Shown here one piece after another: positions 49,759 through 59,606 of a stretch of DNA of 64,000 bases. Location of the stretch: the IMG/VR virus record IMGVR_UViG_3300017717_002521, positions 27,140 through 91,139 of that record; one strand, given 5' to 3'. How positions within the stretch are numbered: the stretch's first letter is position 1; the number at the start of each line of letters is the position of its first letter. The stretch is from a virus. The position numbers and the translations under genes were made by a program. A model generated the notes under the pieces. The model was not told where the DNA came from. It did not search any database and worked only from the letters and a program-made list of their open reading frames with translations.

Positions 49759-50497
49759 ATCTGCCGTAGAAGGTCAGATTAACTATAAGGATAAGAACGA
49801 AATAATAGTAGTTGTAGATGGCTTTGTAGAAGAAAGCAAAGATGTCTTAGAGAAATACAAGGGAAAAGTTCAAGTACTTCCTCTAGAAGGTAATCTTGGT
49901 ATGCAAATGGCTCTTAATTTAGGAGTTATGAATGCTACCAATGAACGAATAATGATTATTAATGATGATAATGTTCTATGTGTAGGTTGGGATTCTATAT
50001 GGGCAGATATGTCTGAAGGAGAAGTAATAACTATAAATCAAATTGAACCTACAGGACCAGGTATATTTAATTTTCCTGTGAAAGATCTTGGAAAGACCCC
50101 AGAGGAGTTTGACTATGATGATTTTGTTCTTTATGAAACCAGTATAAGTTCTAACGAAGTATCAGATGATGGAGGTATATTTCCTTTTGCCATATTTAAA
50201 AAGAATTATATGATGGTAGGGGGATTTGATACTGTTTACCAATCACCTTTTATTTGTGACTGGGATTTCTTTCTTAAGTTAGAATTAGCTGGGTGTACTT
50301 TTACTAGAACACATAGTCAACATTTTTACCACTTTGGTTCTACTGCTACTAAGAACGGCAAAGAGGGAGAAGCTTTCAAAGCTACTGAAGCACCAGCTGC
50401 TGAAACTTATATTTATAAATGGGGAACACCTCCAGGTATTTATGAAAATAATTCTCATATACCTAAAGGTAAATTAATTAAAGGAATACAATTTTAA
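49700..50497 (+). CDS. GT2 glycosyltransferase
   Basis: IIPTY, VVVDG, INDD, GGFD. Confidence 0.85.
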   Translation: MISLIIPTYRNPKYLDICLKSAVEGQINYKDKNEIIVVVDGFVEESKDVLEKYKGKVQVLPLEGNLGMQMALNLGVMNATNERIMIINDDNVLCVGWDSIWADMSEGEVITINQIEPTGPGIFNFPVKDLGKTPEEFDYDDFVLYETSISSNEVSDDGGIFPFAIFKKNYMMVGGFDTVYQSPFICDWDFFLKLELAGCTFTRTHSQHFYHFGSTATKNGKEGEAFKATEAPAAETYIYKWGTPPGIYENNSHIPKGKLIKGIQF

Positions 50498-50674
50498 ATG
50501 GAAAAGAAATACTTAATAGAATTTACTCATGCAGATGGGACTAAAGAAGAAGTAGAATTAGTTACTGATAGATTAAAATGGTCTATTGATCAGTGGTCTA
50601 GACATAGAGCTGTAGTAAGTCATAAAATTTTAGAAGAAGGAAGTTCTAACGCTAAAAATATGTTACTTGGATGA
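50498..50674 (+). CDS. small hypothetical protein (58 aa)
   Basis: fills the gap exactly; ATGA overlap downstream. Confidence 0.55.
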   Translation: MEKKYLIEFTHADGTKEEVELVTDRLKWSIDQWSRHRAVVSHKILEEGSSNAKNMLLG

Positions 50675-51504
50675 TAGGAATAATAGGTCAAGGTTTTGTT
50701 GGTAATGCAGTATATCAAAAGTTTAAAAATTTCTATGAAGTTTTAACTTACGATTTAGATAAAGAAAAATCTAATTCAACTTTAGATGATTTAATATTTA
50801 GAAGTGAAACTATATTCGTATGTCTTCCAACTCCTATGAATAAGAATGGGTCTTGCGATACTACTATACTTGAACAATCTTTATATAACTTAGATCTAGT
50901 TGCAGACAATTTAGAGACTAAAAGAACTATTATAATTAAATCTACTATACCTCCAGGAACAACAGATAAATTTAATAAACAATACCCAGCTCTAAATATA
51001 GTATTTAATCCTGAATTTTTAACTGAAAGGAATGCTGTAAAAGATTTTGAAAATCAAAATAGGATAATAATTGGAGGACCAAGACCTGTAACTACAGAGG
51101 TTAAGACTATTTTTAGTAAAGTTTTTCCTAAATCACATATTATTAAGACTGATTCTTCTCATGCAGAAATGATAAAGTATATGACTAATACATTCTTAGC
51201 AACTAAAATATCTTTTGCTAATGAAATATATCAGCTATGTAGTAAATTAAATATAGATTACGATAAGGTAGTAGAGTACGCAACTTTAGACGATAGATTA
51301 GGTGAATCACATTGGGGAGTTCCAGGTCATGATGGAGACTTGGGATTTGGTGGCCATTGTTTCCCTAAGGATTTGGCAGCGTTACTCTACTTATCTTATC
51401 AATATAATACAACTAACGGAGTACTTAAAGCTACACAAGAAACAAACAATAAAGTTAGAAGCGATAGAGATTGGGAAAGAATGAAAGGAAGAGCTGTCTC
51501 CTAG
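50671..51504 (+). CDS. UDP-glucose/GDP-mannose dehydrogenase family (short phage form)
   Basis: GQGFVG, CLPTP, KSTIPPG, NPEFL, GFGGHCFPKD. Confidence 0.9.
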   Translation: MIGIIGQGFVGNAVYQKFKNFYEVLTYDLDKEKSNSTLDDLIFRSETIFVCLPTPMNKNGSCDTTILEQSLYNLDLVADNLETKRTIIIKSTIPPGTTDKFNKQYPALNIVFNPEFLTERNAVKDFENQNRIIIGGPRPVTTEVKTIFSKVFPKSHIIKTDSSHAEMIKYMTNTFLATKISFANEIYQLCSKLNIDYDKVVEYATLDDRLGESHWGVPGHDGDLGFGGHCFPKDLAALLYLSYQYNTTNGVLKATQETNNKVRSDRDWERMKGRAVS

Positions 51505-51542
51505 CTATTTATAATGTAGTACCTATATTCTAATATACAATT

Positions 51543-51932
51543 ATGAGTAATAAAATCGAACAATACGTAAAAAAGTTAATAAGCGAAGCTGCTAGAATTA
51601 AATTTGCTGGTCACACGTTTGTATTAAAAGTGGATACTAACGAAGATCCACAGAAGAAAGGAGTAAAGGTTCAGTTTCTCCCTACTCAATTCGGCTCTAT
51701 TACTTCTACAGAGCAAAATGACATTGCTATAGAATTAGAAAAAAGACTATCGAAAGGATTAGAGCAATTCGATATGAAAGTTGAAAGAGATAGAAATCTC
51801 AAAGATAAGACTATTATAGGTTTCTTTATTTATATAGAATACTTTGATCGAATTATAAGAAAAGCTTTATCAGGAACTAATCCTGAATCTGAGTATCAAC
51901 CTAACGATGCTAATGATAACAAAGAGGTATAA
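51543..51932 (+). CDS. hypothetical protein
   Basis: ORF after CTATTTAT at 51505. Confidence 0.6.
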   Translation: MSNKIEQYVKKLISEAARIKFAGHTFVLKVDTNEDPQKKGVKVQFLPTQFGSITSTEQNDIAIELEKRLSKGLEQFDMKVERDRNLKDKTIIGFFIYIEYFDRIIRKALSGTNPESEYQPNDANDNKEV

Positions 51933-51935
51933 TAA

Positions 51936-52790
51936 ATGGCTTTATACGGTCTCTATTTCAAAGAAAAAAGTGAACGAGTATTTAAACGTACTAACATAGT
52001 TCCTGATGATCCTGAGGATAGAATTGAAGCTAATAGTCCAGTTGTAGCTCGTTTAAATTTTATTCGTAAGCTTAAATTACCTTTTAAACAATTTCAAAAA
52101 CTTTATTCAGTAAGAAAAATAGCCTCTTTAGATTCTTTAGATATTAAGCAAAAAGATAATATACTTTTAGCTGCTGCTATAGAAGAAGCTACTGTTGTTG
52201 CTTCTTATGAGGATAGAAGGAAAATAAGAACTGAAGAAGCAGTAAATCGAAATAAAGGTTTAGCTACACAATTAGTAGTTAAGGATTTTAATCCTCATAT
52301 GATGTATGATCCTGAGACTAGTGAAGGGATAATGGTTAAGACCTACGAAGATCATGTTAAATATAATGAACTTGGGTACACTCATGATAAACCAGTTATA
52401 AAAAGAATCCCAGAAGAAACAACGACAGTAAATTTGACTCCTATATCTGATGAAAAATTATCTAGAGATCAAGAATTAGAACGAAAGAGAATTGCTAATA
52501 GGAGTCCTAATAAAGATAAATTTAGAACTAAAGAAGATCAAAGAAAAAGAGCAGAGGAAAAGAAAAATGCCTTTTCCAAAGATACTAAATTTGGTCCTAG
52601 AAAAAGAATTAAATCTACAACAAGAACTATTCGACCTGATAAGCAAGAAGGACAACAAGAAGTAGATATAGTTCAAGAAGTCAGTACTGAAACTGTGGTA
52701 GAAGATCCAGGTAGAATATCTTACCCTTCAACAGGAGGTGGTTCAGTATCTGGAGGAGGATCCAGCGGCGGAGGCGGCGGTGGTTATTAG
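51936..52790 (+). CDS. hypothetical protein with HMMYDP motif and Gly/Ser tail
   Basis: ORF track. Confidence 0.6.
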   Translation: MALYGLYFKEKSERVFKRTNIVPDDPEDRIEANSPVVARLNFIRKLKLPFKQFQKLYSVRKIASLDSLDIKQKDNILLAAAIEEATVVASYEDRRKIRTEEAVNRNKGLATQLVVKDFNPHMMYDPETSEGIMVKTYEDHVKYNELGYTHDKPVIKRIPEETTTVNLTPISDEKLSRDQELERKRIANRSPNKDKFRTKEDQRKRAEEKKNAFSKDTKFGPRKRIKSTTRTIRPDKQEGQQEVDIVQEVSTETVVEDPGRISYPSTGGGSVSGGGSSGGGGGGY

Positions 52791-52821
52791 TTTTTTTTCT
52801 GAATAATTTTTCGTATATTTA
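52789..52821 (+). promoter_or_regulatory. class 1 promoter, near-duplicate of 53233-53265
   Basis: TTTTTCTGAATAATTTTTC(G/T)TATATTTATA shared. Confidence 0.65.
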
Positions 52822-52826
52822 TAGAT

Positions 52827-53234
52827 ATGAAGCATAAAAATACAGTTAGAAGGGTATTTAATAATTACTTTAACCTTAGGGTTAGAATTAGTGCTAAGGA
52901 AGTAGATCAATCTATTATGAAAAAAAGTTTGTTTTTAAATATAATCAAAAAACTTAAAGAGATAGAAGAAAGAAGAGATTTTATGCAAGATGAAATTGGC
53001 ATGGATATGACTACTTATGAAGATAAGTTTTTTCAAGTTATAGAAGATCTTTTTAAATTAAATTTTAATAAACCTCAGATAAGTTTAATCCAAGCATATA
53101 TTTATGAGGCTACTAGACCTGATGATTGGGATGGTACTGTAACTTTAGAAGTAAGTAAGAGTAGTACTAAAACTTATGATCTTAAAACTCCAGAACAGCT
53201 TTGGTCTGTAGTACAACTTTTAGGTAAAGAATAG
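52827..53234 (+). CDS. hypothetical protein
   Basis: ORF track. Confidence 0.6.
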   Translation: MKHKNTVRRVFNNYFNLRVRISAKEVDQSIMKKSLFLNIIKKLKEIEERRDFMQDEIGMDMTTYEDKFFQVIEDLFKLNFNKPQISLIQAYIYEATRPDDWDGTVTLEVSKSSTKTYDLKTPEQLWSVVQLLGKE

Positions 53235-53265
53235 TTGTTTTTCTGAATAATTTTTCTTATATTTA
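53235..53265 (+). promoter_or_regulatory. class 1 promoter
   Basis: TTG-N20-TATATTTA. Confidence 0.7.
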
Positions 53266-53287
53266 TATCTAATTAAAAAACGGTTAT

Positions 53288-53686
53288 ATGACTCAAACTA
53301 TGCAAAGTATTCAAATGTTAAAATGTCCATCATGCGGTGAAATGACTCTACATCCTAAGAGAAAGGAAATGGGCTATCACGTATGTGTTCATTGTTCAAC
53401 AGCTAAACCTGTAGTAGGTATAACTACTGTAGAAGGTTCTGGTGATCATACATACAACGATATTATTATTATGGATCAAGATAGAGCTAGGAAAATAGCA
53501 CAAAAACAAGCTGAGCTATCAGGTAGAGTAGTGCACTTGGAAATGTTAGACTTAGATGTAGACGAAACTGCTGTATCTCAGTCAGTAAAAGAAAAAGTTA
53601 ATAATGTATTAGAAGATGAAGAAACTCCTTTTAATACTTTTGATCCCAACGAAGAAAAACAAGGTATAGAAGGAATTGATTATTAA
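53288..53686 (+). CDS. C4 zinc-finger protein (DksA/TraR-like finger)
   Basis: CPSC...R......CVHC. Confidence 0.55.
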   Translation: MTQTMQSIQMLKCPSCGEMTLHPKRKEMGYHVCVHCSTAKPVVGITTVEGSGDHTYNDIIIMDQDRARKIAQKQAELSGRVVHLEMLDLDVDETAVSQSVKEKVNNVLEDEETPFNTFDPNEEKQGIEGIDY

Positions 53687-54315
53687 TGCCTCGCCCTACT
53701 AAAATATTAACTAAAGAAGATATTATTAGAGCTCAAAAAGTAACGAGATCTAATATGGCTGCTGCTAGGTATCTGCATGTATCTTATAATCATTATAAGA
53801 AGTATGCTAAAATGTATAAGAATGATGAAGGTAAAACTTTATTACAGTCTCATATGAATCAAGCAGGAGAAGGAATTCCTAAATTTACTGTTGCAGGTGA
53901 TAAAGAAGTACCGTTAGTAGATTTATTAGAAGGAAGAGTCCCAATTGAGCATTTCGATCCTAGAAAGATTAAAGCTAGATTATTAAGTGAAGGTAAATTA
54001 GTCGAAGTTTGTGATAAATGTGGCTTTGCTGAACGAAGAGTAGTTGATCAAAAAATACCTGTTATTCTTAATTTTAAAGATGGAAATAAAAAAAATTGGC
54101 ATTTAGATAATCTCGAGTTTCTCTGCTATAATTGTTCGTTTTTGTATGCAGCATCACCTATTGAAGAAAAACGTGCAGAGGCAATGGAAGACTACGTGAG
54201 AACAAAAGATCAAGAACCTGATTGGGAATTGGATGAACATCATATTGAGCATCTTAAAGAACTAGGCTTATATAACGAGGAAAATCCTGGAGATGAATAC
54301 ATCTCTAGACTCTAA
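53686..54315 (+). CDS. HTH plus degenerate HNH-like protein
   Basis: AAARYLHVSY; CDKC...DGNKKN...NLEFLCYNC. Confidence 0.65.
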   Translation: MPRPTKILTKEDIIRAQKVTRSNMAAARYLHVSYNHYKKYAKMYKNDEGKTLLQSHMNQAGEGIPKFTVAGDKEVPLVDLLEGRVPIEHFDPRKIKARLLSEGKLVEVCDKCGFAERRVVDQKIPVILNFKDGNKKNWHLDNLEFLCYNCSFLYAASPIEEKRAEAMEDYVRTKDQEPDWELDEHHIEHLKELGLYNEENPGDEYISRL

Positions 54316-54329
54316 ACCTATTTATACAC

Positions 54330-54479
54330 ATGGCAAAGAAAAAATTCGATAAATTTTCTACCTGGAAAAAGAAAAAGCCATTAGAAAGAAAGGTTGCAGA
54401 CGATCTAGTTAAGCAGTCAGAGCTCAATGATAAATTAAGAGAAAAAAATATAGGTAAAGGTTTCCTAGACTTATTTTAA
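54330..54479 (+). CDS. small basic protein (49 aa)
   Basis: ATG right after CTATTTAT at 54318. Confidence 0.55.
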   Translation: MAKKKFDKFSTWKKKKPLERKVADDLVKQSELNDKLREKNIGKGFLDLF

Positions 54480-54494
54480 TCAAAACATTTTTTT

Positions 54495-55085
54495 ATGAGA
54501 AACTTATTATTAACTGTTGCAGTGTCTTTGCTATCTACTGTTGTGATGGCATTTACAATGTATAGTCGACAACAAGTAGAACCAATAGAAGAACCTCCGT
54601 CGAGGCCCTTGGCCTTGATAGATAATACCCCAAAGATAGAAGCACCAAAAGTAGTGCTTGTTATAAAAAATCACAATCAATTTTTAGAAGACTTAGGAAT
54701 GAGAGAGTCTTCCGGAAAGTATAAAGCAGTCAATCAATTCGGTTACTTAGGTAAGTATCAGTTTGGTAGAAAGACTCTTAACGCATTAGGATATGATAAC
54801 GTATCTAATAGAGAGTTTTTAGCTAATGCTTCTATTCAAGAAGAAGCTATGTATGCTTTATTAAGTCACAATAAACATATATTAAGAAAACAGATTGAAA
54901 AATTTCATGGGGAAACTATCAATGGAATATTTATAACTGAATCAGGTATATTAGCAGCAGCTCATTTAGCTGGTGCTGGTAACGTAAAGAAATTTTTTAG
55001 AAAAGGTTACGAATTCAAAGACGGTAACGGTACTAAAATGACTTCTTATATGATTAAATTTAGTGACTATAAGTTAGAGTTTTAA
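54495..55085 (+). CDS. membrane-anchored lysozyme-like/lytic transglycosylase
   Basis: RESSG.Y...N..GYLGKYQFG, AAAHLAG. Confidence 0.75.
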   Translation: MRNLLLTVAVSLLSTVVMAFTMYSRQQVEPIEEPPSRPLALIDNTPKIEAPKVVLVIKNHNQFLEDLGMRESSGKYKAVNQFGYLGKYQFGRKTLNALGYDNVSNREFLANASIQEEAMYALLSHNKHILRKQIEKFHGETINGIFITESGILAAAHLAGAGNVKKFFRKGYEFKDGNGTKMTSYMIKFSDYKLEF

Positions 55086-55095
55086 GTAATAGTAA

Positions 55096-55836
55096 ATGAT
55101 TATAAATCACAAGTATAAGTTTATTTTTTTTAAGAGTAAAAAAGTTGGCGGAACTAGTATGGAACTAGCTCTTGGTAAATTTACTACTGATAGTGATATA
55201 GTCACAAGAATAAGAAGTGAGGAAGAAGAAGCATTGAGAGATAATTTAGGTATTAATAATAAAAATGCTGGTAGTCTAGTAAATCATAGTACAGCTGCAG
55301 ATTTATTAAAGTTTCTAGAAGCACCTCAATACAGAGATAAGGATATATTTAATTCTTATTTTAAATTTACTATTATTAGAGAACCAGTTGACCTTTTTAT
55401 TAGTAAATACTTTTTTCAAAAGAACTCAGGCCCTAAAAATCCACCCCCAGACCATATTAATGAATGGGTTAAATTATTAAAGGAACGAAGATTATACGGT
55501 AAGAAAAATGTAAGTGATGAAAACTGGAATATATATTCTTTAGATAATAAACTCATTACTGACGATTATATTACATACAGTAAGGATTCAGGACCAGGAT
55601 CTAAAATGTATGAAGACTGTTCAAGAATATCAGAAAAACTAAACTTTCCTGAAAATTTAGCAGATTTATTTTACAATACCAGAGCAAAAACTCAATATAG
55701 AGAAAAGGTCAAAGTAACTCTTTCTAAAGAATCTATAGATTTTATAGAAGAAGTTTCTAAACCTGAAAGAGAAGTTACTGGAATGAAAATAGCTCGCAAA
55801 GAATATGAGGGTACAATAACAAGGCCGTTTATATAA
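55096..55836 (+). CDS. sulfotransferase family 2-like
   Basis: KFIFF...KVGGTS, IREPVD.FIS. Confidence 0.75.
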   Translation: MIINHKYKFIFFKSKKVGGTSMELALGKFTTDSDIVTRIRSEEEEALRDNLGINNKNAGSLVNHSTAADLLKFLEAPQYRDKDIFNSYFKFTIIREPVDLFISKYFFQKNSGPKNPPPDHINEWVKLLKERRLYGKKNVSDENWNIYSLDNKLITDDYITYSKDSGPGSKMYEDCSRISEKLNFPENLADLFYNTRAKTQYREKVKVTLSKESIDFIEEVSKPEREVTGMKIARKEYEGTITRPFI

Positions 55837-55837
55837 A

Positions 55838-56539
55838 ATGAAAATAGATAGAGCTTTAATTATAAGAAGACTCCAAGTTCCTATTTCAATTGAGTATGCT
55901 GAAATGTGTGCTGCTTCATGCGAAGAGAATAATCTTCCTTATGAGTTTATAGATGCAGTTGAATTTCTATCTTGTGATGAAGCATTTAAATCTGTGGGTA
56001 CATTTAGACAGAAGAAGTATGTAAATAAGGATGGGCATTGTAATGTGCATGCATCTCATATAAAATGCTGGAAACGTATTATAGAGTTAGATAAAGCTTG
56101 CATTATATTAGAACATGATGCTATTGTAAAAGGTGATGTAACAGATGTAGATATATTAGATAATACCATTACTACTTTTGGACATAGAGTAACAGAGTTA
56201 GATGAATATACTCCTCCTTCTCCTGCTATCGGGTTAATCGAAATAGAACGTTCATTCGGAGTACATGCTTGTGGACTTACTCCTACTACAGCTAATACTT
56301 TATGGCAAGCTACAAAAGATAAAGGTATATTTACAGGAGTAGATAACCTATTAATGATTCATAAATCTTCAGGCTTACCTCTCTTTGTATGTGAACCTCC
56401 TCAAGTTGTATGTTGGACTAGAGTCTCTACTATAGAGATTGAAAAAGGTAACTTTAAATCCAACACTACTAACTTTAATGAATCTTTTACAGACGGTTGG
56501 TTAAAAGGTTCTAATAAAAACGTAAAACAAATTATTTAG
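55838..56539 (+). CDS. GT25-like glycosyltransferase
   Basis: FIDAV, SH..CW, IILEHDA. Confidence 0.7.
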   Translation: MKIDRALIIRRLQVPISIEYAEMCAASCEENNLPYEFIDAVEFLSCDEAFKSVGTFRQKKYVNKDGHCNVHASHIKCWKRIIELDKACIILEHDAIVKGDVTDVDILDNTITTFGHRVTELDEYTPPSPAIGLIEIERSFGVHACGLTPTTANTLWQATKDKGIFTGVDNLLMIHKSSGLPLFVCEPPQVVCWTRVSTIEIEKGNFKSNTTNFNESFTDGWLKGSNKNVKQII

Positions 56540-56550
56540 TAAAGTTTAAG

Positions 56551-56581
56551 TTGGAATTCTGATATTTTATTCTTATATTTA
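56551..56581 (+). promoter_or_regulatory. class 1 promoter
   Basis: TTG-N20-TATATTTA. Confidence 0.7.
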
Positions 56582-56602
56582 TAGTATATAAAAATAAAGG
56601 TT

Positions 56603-56920
56603 ATGGCAGAAAAAGGTGGACTAGAACAACAGAATCTTATTAACGAATATAACGTTGCAGGTTCTTTAGAAATTTTTATGGAAGGTGAATGGCGGAGAGT
56701 TACTTCGAAAGACTTTAGGTCATTTAATGGACCTCGTAAGATAACTCAACCTCAATATACTGAGTTAGGTAACGTAGATGTTCCCATGATGACTTATGAA
56801 TACTTTGGCCCAGTTTATGCTTGGGGTACTAATAACGTAATAGATTATTCAGATACTGGCTCATTAGAGAAAGGTAAGGTATGGGATAAAGCTAGAAAAA
56901 TATCTGAAAGCCGTGGTTAA
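56603..56920 (+). CDS. hypothetical protein
   Basis: ORF track. Confidence 0.6.
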   Translation: MAEKGGLEQQNLINEYNVAGSLEIFMEGEWRRVTSKDFRSFNGPRKITQPQYTELGNVDVPMMTYEYFGPVYAWGTNNVIDYSDTGSLEKGKVWDKARKISESRG

Positions 56921-57209
56921 ATTACATTTTAAAAACCCAGAAGAATTTGAATCTCTTTTTAAATCTAGAGATATTAGAATTACTAATTCAGTTGTAAAAG
57001 GTATTAAAGAAGCTATGCAAAAAAATGCTCGTTCTGCAAAACTATTTGAATTAAGTTTTGAAGGAGCTGAATTGGCTTATGAAATAGCTCTTCCTCAAAA
57101 GGAATGGTTAGGAGCTTTAAAAACAAGTTTAGATCATTATCATAAAAATAATTTAGTTAATGAGCAGATTGATACTTGGGAATTATTAGAAGTAGTTAAA
57201 ACTTGGTAA
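56913..57209 (+). CDS. hypothetical protein
   Basis: ORF track. Confidence 0.55.
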   Translation: MVKLHFKNPEEFESLFKSRDIRITNSVVKGIKEAMQKNARSAKLFELSFEGAELAYEIALPQKEWLGALKTSLDHYHKNNLVNEQIDTWELLEVVKTW

Positions 57210-57226
57210 AAAACTAAGAGATATAG

Positions 57227-57257
57227 TTGCTAGTTACAATTTTTATTCTTATATTTA
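57227..57257 (+). promoter_or_regulatory. class 1 promoter
   Basis: TTG-N20-TATATTTA. Confidence 0.7.
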
Positions 57258-57285
57258 TATTATATAAATTAAAAAGGTTATAATT

Positions 57286-58113
57286 ATGAAAGATGTTATG
57301 TTAAGTTTTGGTAAAGGTTTAGATGGGTACCTAACCAAAGATCAGATTAGAAACTCCTCTCCATTAGTATTTGCAGATGCACCTACTAACCCAGATGTTA
57401 GTAGTAAATACTTGTTTGTTAACACTGAAACTATTATTGATGATCTAGATAAGTTAGGATGGTTACCAGTTCAAGCTGCTCAAAGAAAGAGCAGAAAAGA
57501 AGGAGGTACTATCTTTTCAAAGCATATGGTTGCTTTCCAGAATCCAGATATTAAGATTACTTCAGCTGATGGTGATGATGCTTACCCTAGAATACTTCTT
57601 ACTAACTCTCATGATGGTATGCAATCGTTTAAATTCTCAGTAGGTATATTTAGACTAGTATGTAGTAACGGTTTAGTTGTTGCTGATGAGAAATTTAGTG
57701 ACTTTAATATTAAGCATAAGGGGTATACTTTTACTGAACTTAGAAATGTAGTTAAGCAAGCAGTAGAAGATCTTCCTAATAGAGTTCAGGTAATGAATGA
57801 TATGAAGAATAGAATCTTAACTGAAGAAGAGAAGAGAAAATTAGCTTTAGATGCTATGCTTATTAGAGCTGGAGTTAAAGAGCTTCAGTATGATGAAGAG
57901 ACTATTACTGATATTTTAGATCCTAAAAGAGATGCTGATAAAGGAAATGACCTTTGGAGAGTCTTCAATGTTGTTCAAGAGAAGATTACTCAAGGAGACT
58001 TTCATGCTGCTTTAACTGGAGCTAAAGTACGTAAGGTACGTAAGATTAAATCCTTTGAGAAGGATATGAAAGTTAATAAAGAGTTGTTTAAGTTAGCTAC
58101 AGCATTAGTTTAA
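57286..58113 (+). CDS. DUF932/DUF945-family protein
   Basis: NSHDG, FRLVCSNG, LWRVFNVVQE. Confidence 0.85.
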   Translation: MKDVMLSFGKGLDGYLTKDQIRNSSPLVFADAPTNPDVSSKYLFVNTETIIDDLDKLGWLPVQAAQRKSRKEGGTIFSKHMVAFQNPDIKITSADGDDAYPRILLTNSHDGMQSFKFSVGIFRLVCSNGLVVADEKFSDFNIKHKGYTFTELRNVVKQAVEDLPNRVQVMNDMKNRILTEEEKRKLALDAMLIRAGVKELQYDEETITDILDPKRDADKGNDLWRVFNVVQEKITQGDFHAALTGAKVRKVRKIKSFEKDMKVNKELFKLATALV

Positions 58114-58116
58114 AAG

Positions 58117-58147
58117 TTGGTAGTTACAAAGTTTTTTACTATATTAT
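58117..58147 (+). promoter_or_regulatory. class 1 promoter
   Basis: TTG-N20-TATATTAT. Confidence 0.65.
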
Positions 58148-58178
58148 AGAATATTAATTATTAAAAATAGGTTATATT

Positions 58179-58586
58179 ATGTATTCAATTGCAAACAAAC
58201 TACCTAGTGTAGAATTTTTAAAAGAAAGATATGAAGTTGATCCTTCATCACCTTCAGGGTTAAGACACAAATTTGATGTTAGAAATCGTTCTGCATTAGC
58301 AGGAGACCGTGCTGGTTCTAGAAACGGTAATGGTTATTACCATATCAGGGTTAATGGTTCTTATACTAATACTTCTAGAATTATTTGGAAAATAATTAAA
58401 GGTAAAGACCCAGATCAAGTTATAGATCATATAGATGGTAATCCGGCAAACAATAGAATCTCTAACTTAAGAGATGTTACTCAAAGAGAGAATTCGTTAA
58501 ACCGAAGAGATTTTAAATTAAGAAATACAAATGATAGAAGTTTTAAAACATATTTTAGGAATTTGTGGAGAGCATTGGCATCCTAA
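58179..58586 (+). CDS. free-standing HNH endonuclease
   Basis: IDHIDGNPANNRISNLR...EN. Confidence 0.85.
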   Translation: MYSIANKLPSVEFLKERYEVDPSSPSGLRHKFDVRNRSALAGDRAGSRNGNGYYHIRVNGSYTNTSRIIWKIIKGKDPDQVIDHIDGNPANNRISNLRDVTQRENSLNRRDFKLRNTNDRSFKTYFRNLWRALAS

Positions 58587-58701
58587 TATTTGGACTGCCG
58601 CTGCTGCTTCACCTTTTATAGCAACTACTACTTACTGGATTAAATGTAAGTGTGGAGGATGGTTTAATCATAAAATAAATTGTAATGAAAGAAAAAGCTA
58701 A
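58531..58701 (+). CDS. small His/Cys-rich protein (56 aa)
   Basis: MIEVLKHILGICGEHWHPN...; translated by hand; overlaps the HNH tail. Confidence 0.5.
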   Translation: MIEVLKHILGICGEHWHPNIWTAAAASPFIATTTYWIKCKCGGWFNHKINCNERKS

Positions 58702-58870
58702 AGATTTTTTATTAAAATGGAATGCTATTATTATAGCATTTATTTGTCTTCTTTATTCGGTTGGGCTAGGCCTTTCCGGAAATACAGAAGAAGCTCAGTA
58801 TTCGGCTCATTGGCCTGGTACTATTTTACTATTTAGTATAGCAATTAATCAGGTAATAAGACGGAGATGA
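58685..58870 (+). CDS. small membrane protein
   Basis: two hydrophobic segments. Confidence 0.55.
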   Translation: MKEKAKDFLLKWNAIIIAFICLLYSVGLGLSGNTEEAQYSAHWPGTILLFSIAINQVIRRR

Positions 58871-59133
58871 GTTTTGCATTTTTTATAGTAGGTGCAGCTA
58901 TTTTTAGTTTGTACGTATGGTTTACTCTTTGGATGATATTTGATCAAAATAAGAAGCAAAGAGAAGAGGGTAATGGTACTCAAGGCTATTATGAGCGTCA
59001 TCAACCAGACTCGATAGATTTGGATGGTATGGGTGATCAAGGAAGAATCCCTTATCGTCCTCGAGTAAAGGCTGTAAAGAGAAAGAAAGGTAGCCAGAGT
59101 AGAATGAAGAACTATAATTGGAAGGATAAATAA
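58867..59133 (+). CDS. single-TM hypothetical protein
   Basis: N-terminal TM; DLDGMG. Confidence 0.55.
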   Translation: MSFAFFIVGAAIFSLYVWFTLWMIFDQNKKQREEGNGTQGYYERHQPDSIDLDGMGDQGRIPYRPRVKAVKRKKGSQSRMKNYNWKDK

Positions 59134-59134
59134 A

Positions 59135-59326
59135 ATGTGCTTAAGCGGAGCAATGTATGAACAAGATATGGAAGAAGAATTTAACGAAGAAGAATTCGAT
59201 AGATGCGTAGTAACTGGTGAGTTAACCCCTTACCGTAAAACAGATCATATTGACTATAGAATGTTTTATGTTGAAGGTGTGGGTCAACTGTCAGAGAAAG
59301 CGTGGAGAGATATTTACGATAAATAA
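59135..59326 (+). CDS. hypothetical protein
   Basis: HIDYR.FYVEGVGQL motif. Confidence 0.6.
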   Translation: MCLSGAMYEQDMEEEFNEEEFDRCVVTGELTPYRKTDHIDYRMFYVEGVGQLSEKAWRDIYDK

Positions 59327-59333
59327 ATTTTAT

Positions 59334-59606
59334 ATGAGTTTTTTAGCAGGTATATCATTTATGATACCTTTAGCGTTATTCACTGTTATACTTTTTTACT
59401 TAAGTAAATTTATACCTAAAGAAGGAGTTCAACTACCAGTATTTTTAATGATTGCAGGGGATGGAATATTAGTAGCGTTGTGGTATTTTGGATTAAAAGA
59501 AATAGTAGATACTTTAAAGGAATTTAGATTAGGCATAGGGCTATCTTTTGTATCAGCATCGTTTGGTAGATCGATTTATTTCATGCTTCAGAATAAGGAA
59601 GTATAG
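59334..59606 (+). CDS. small membrane protein
   Basis: three hydrophobic segments; ATG 59334 preferred. Confidence 0.55.
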   Translation: MSFLAGISFMIPLALFTVILFYLSKFIPKEGVQLPVFLMIAGDGILVALWYFGLKEIVDTLKEFRLGIGLSFVSASFGRSIYFMLQNKEV

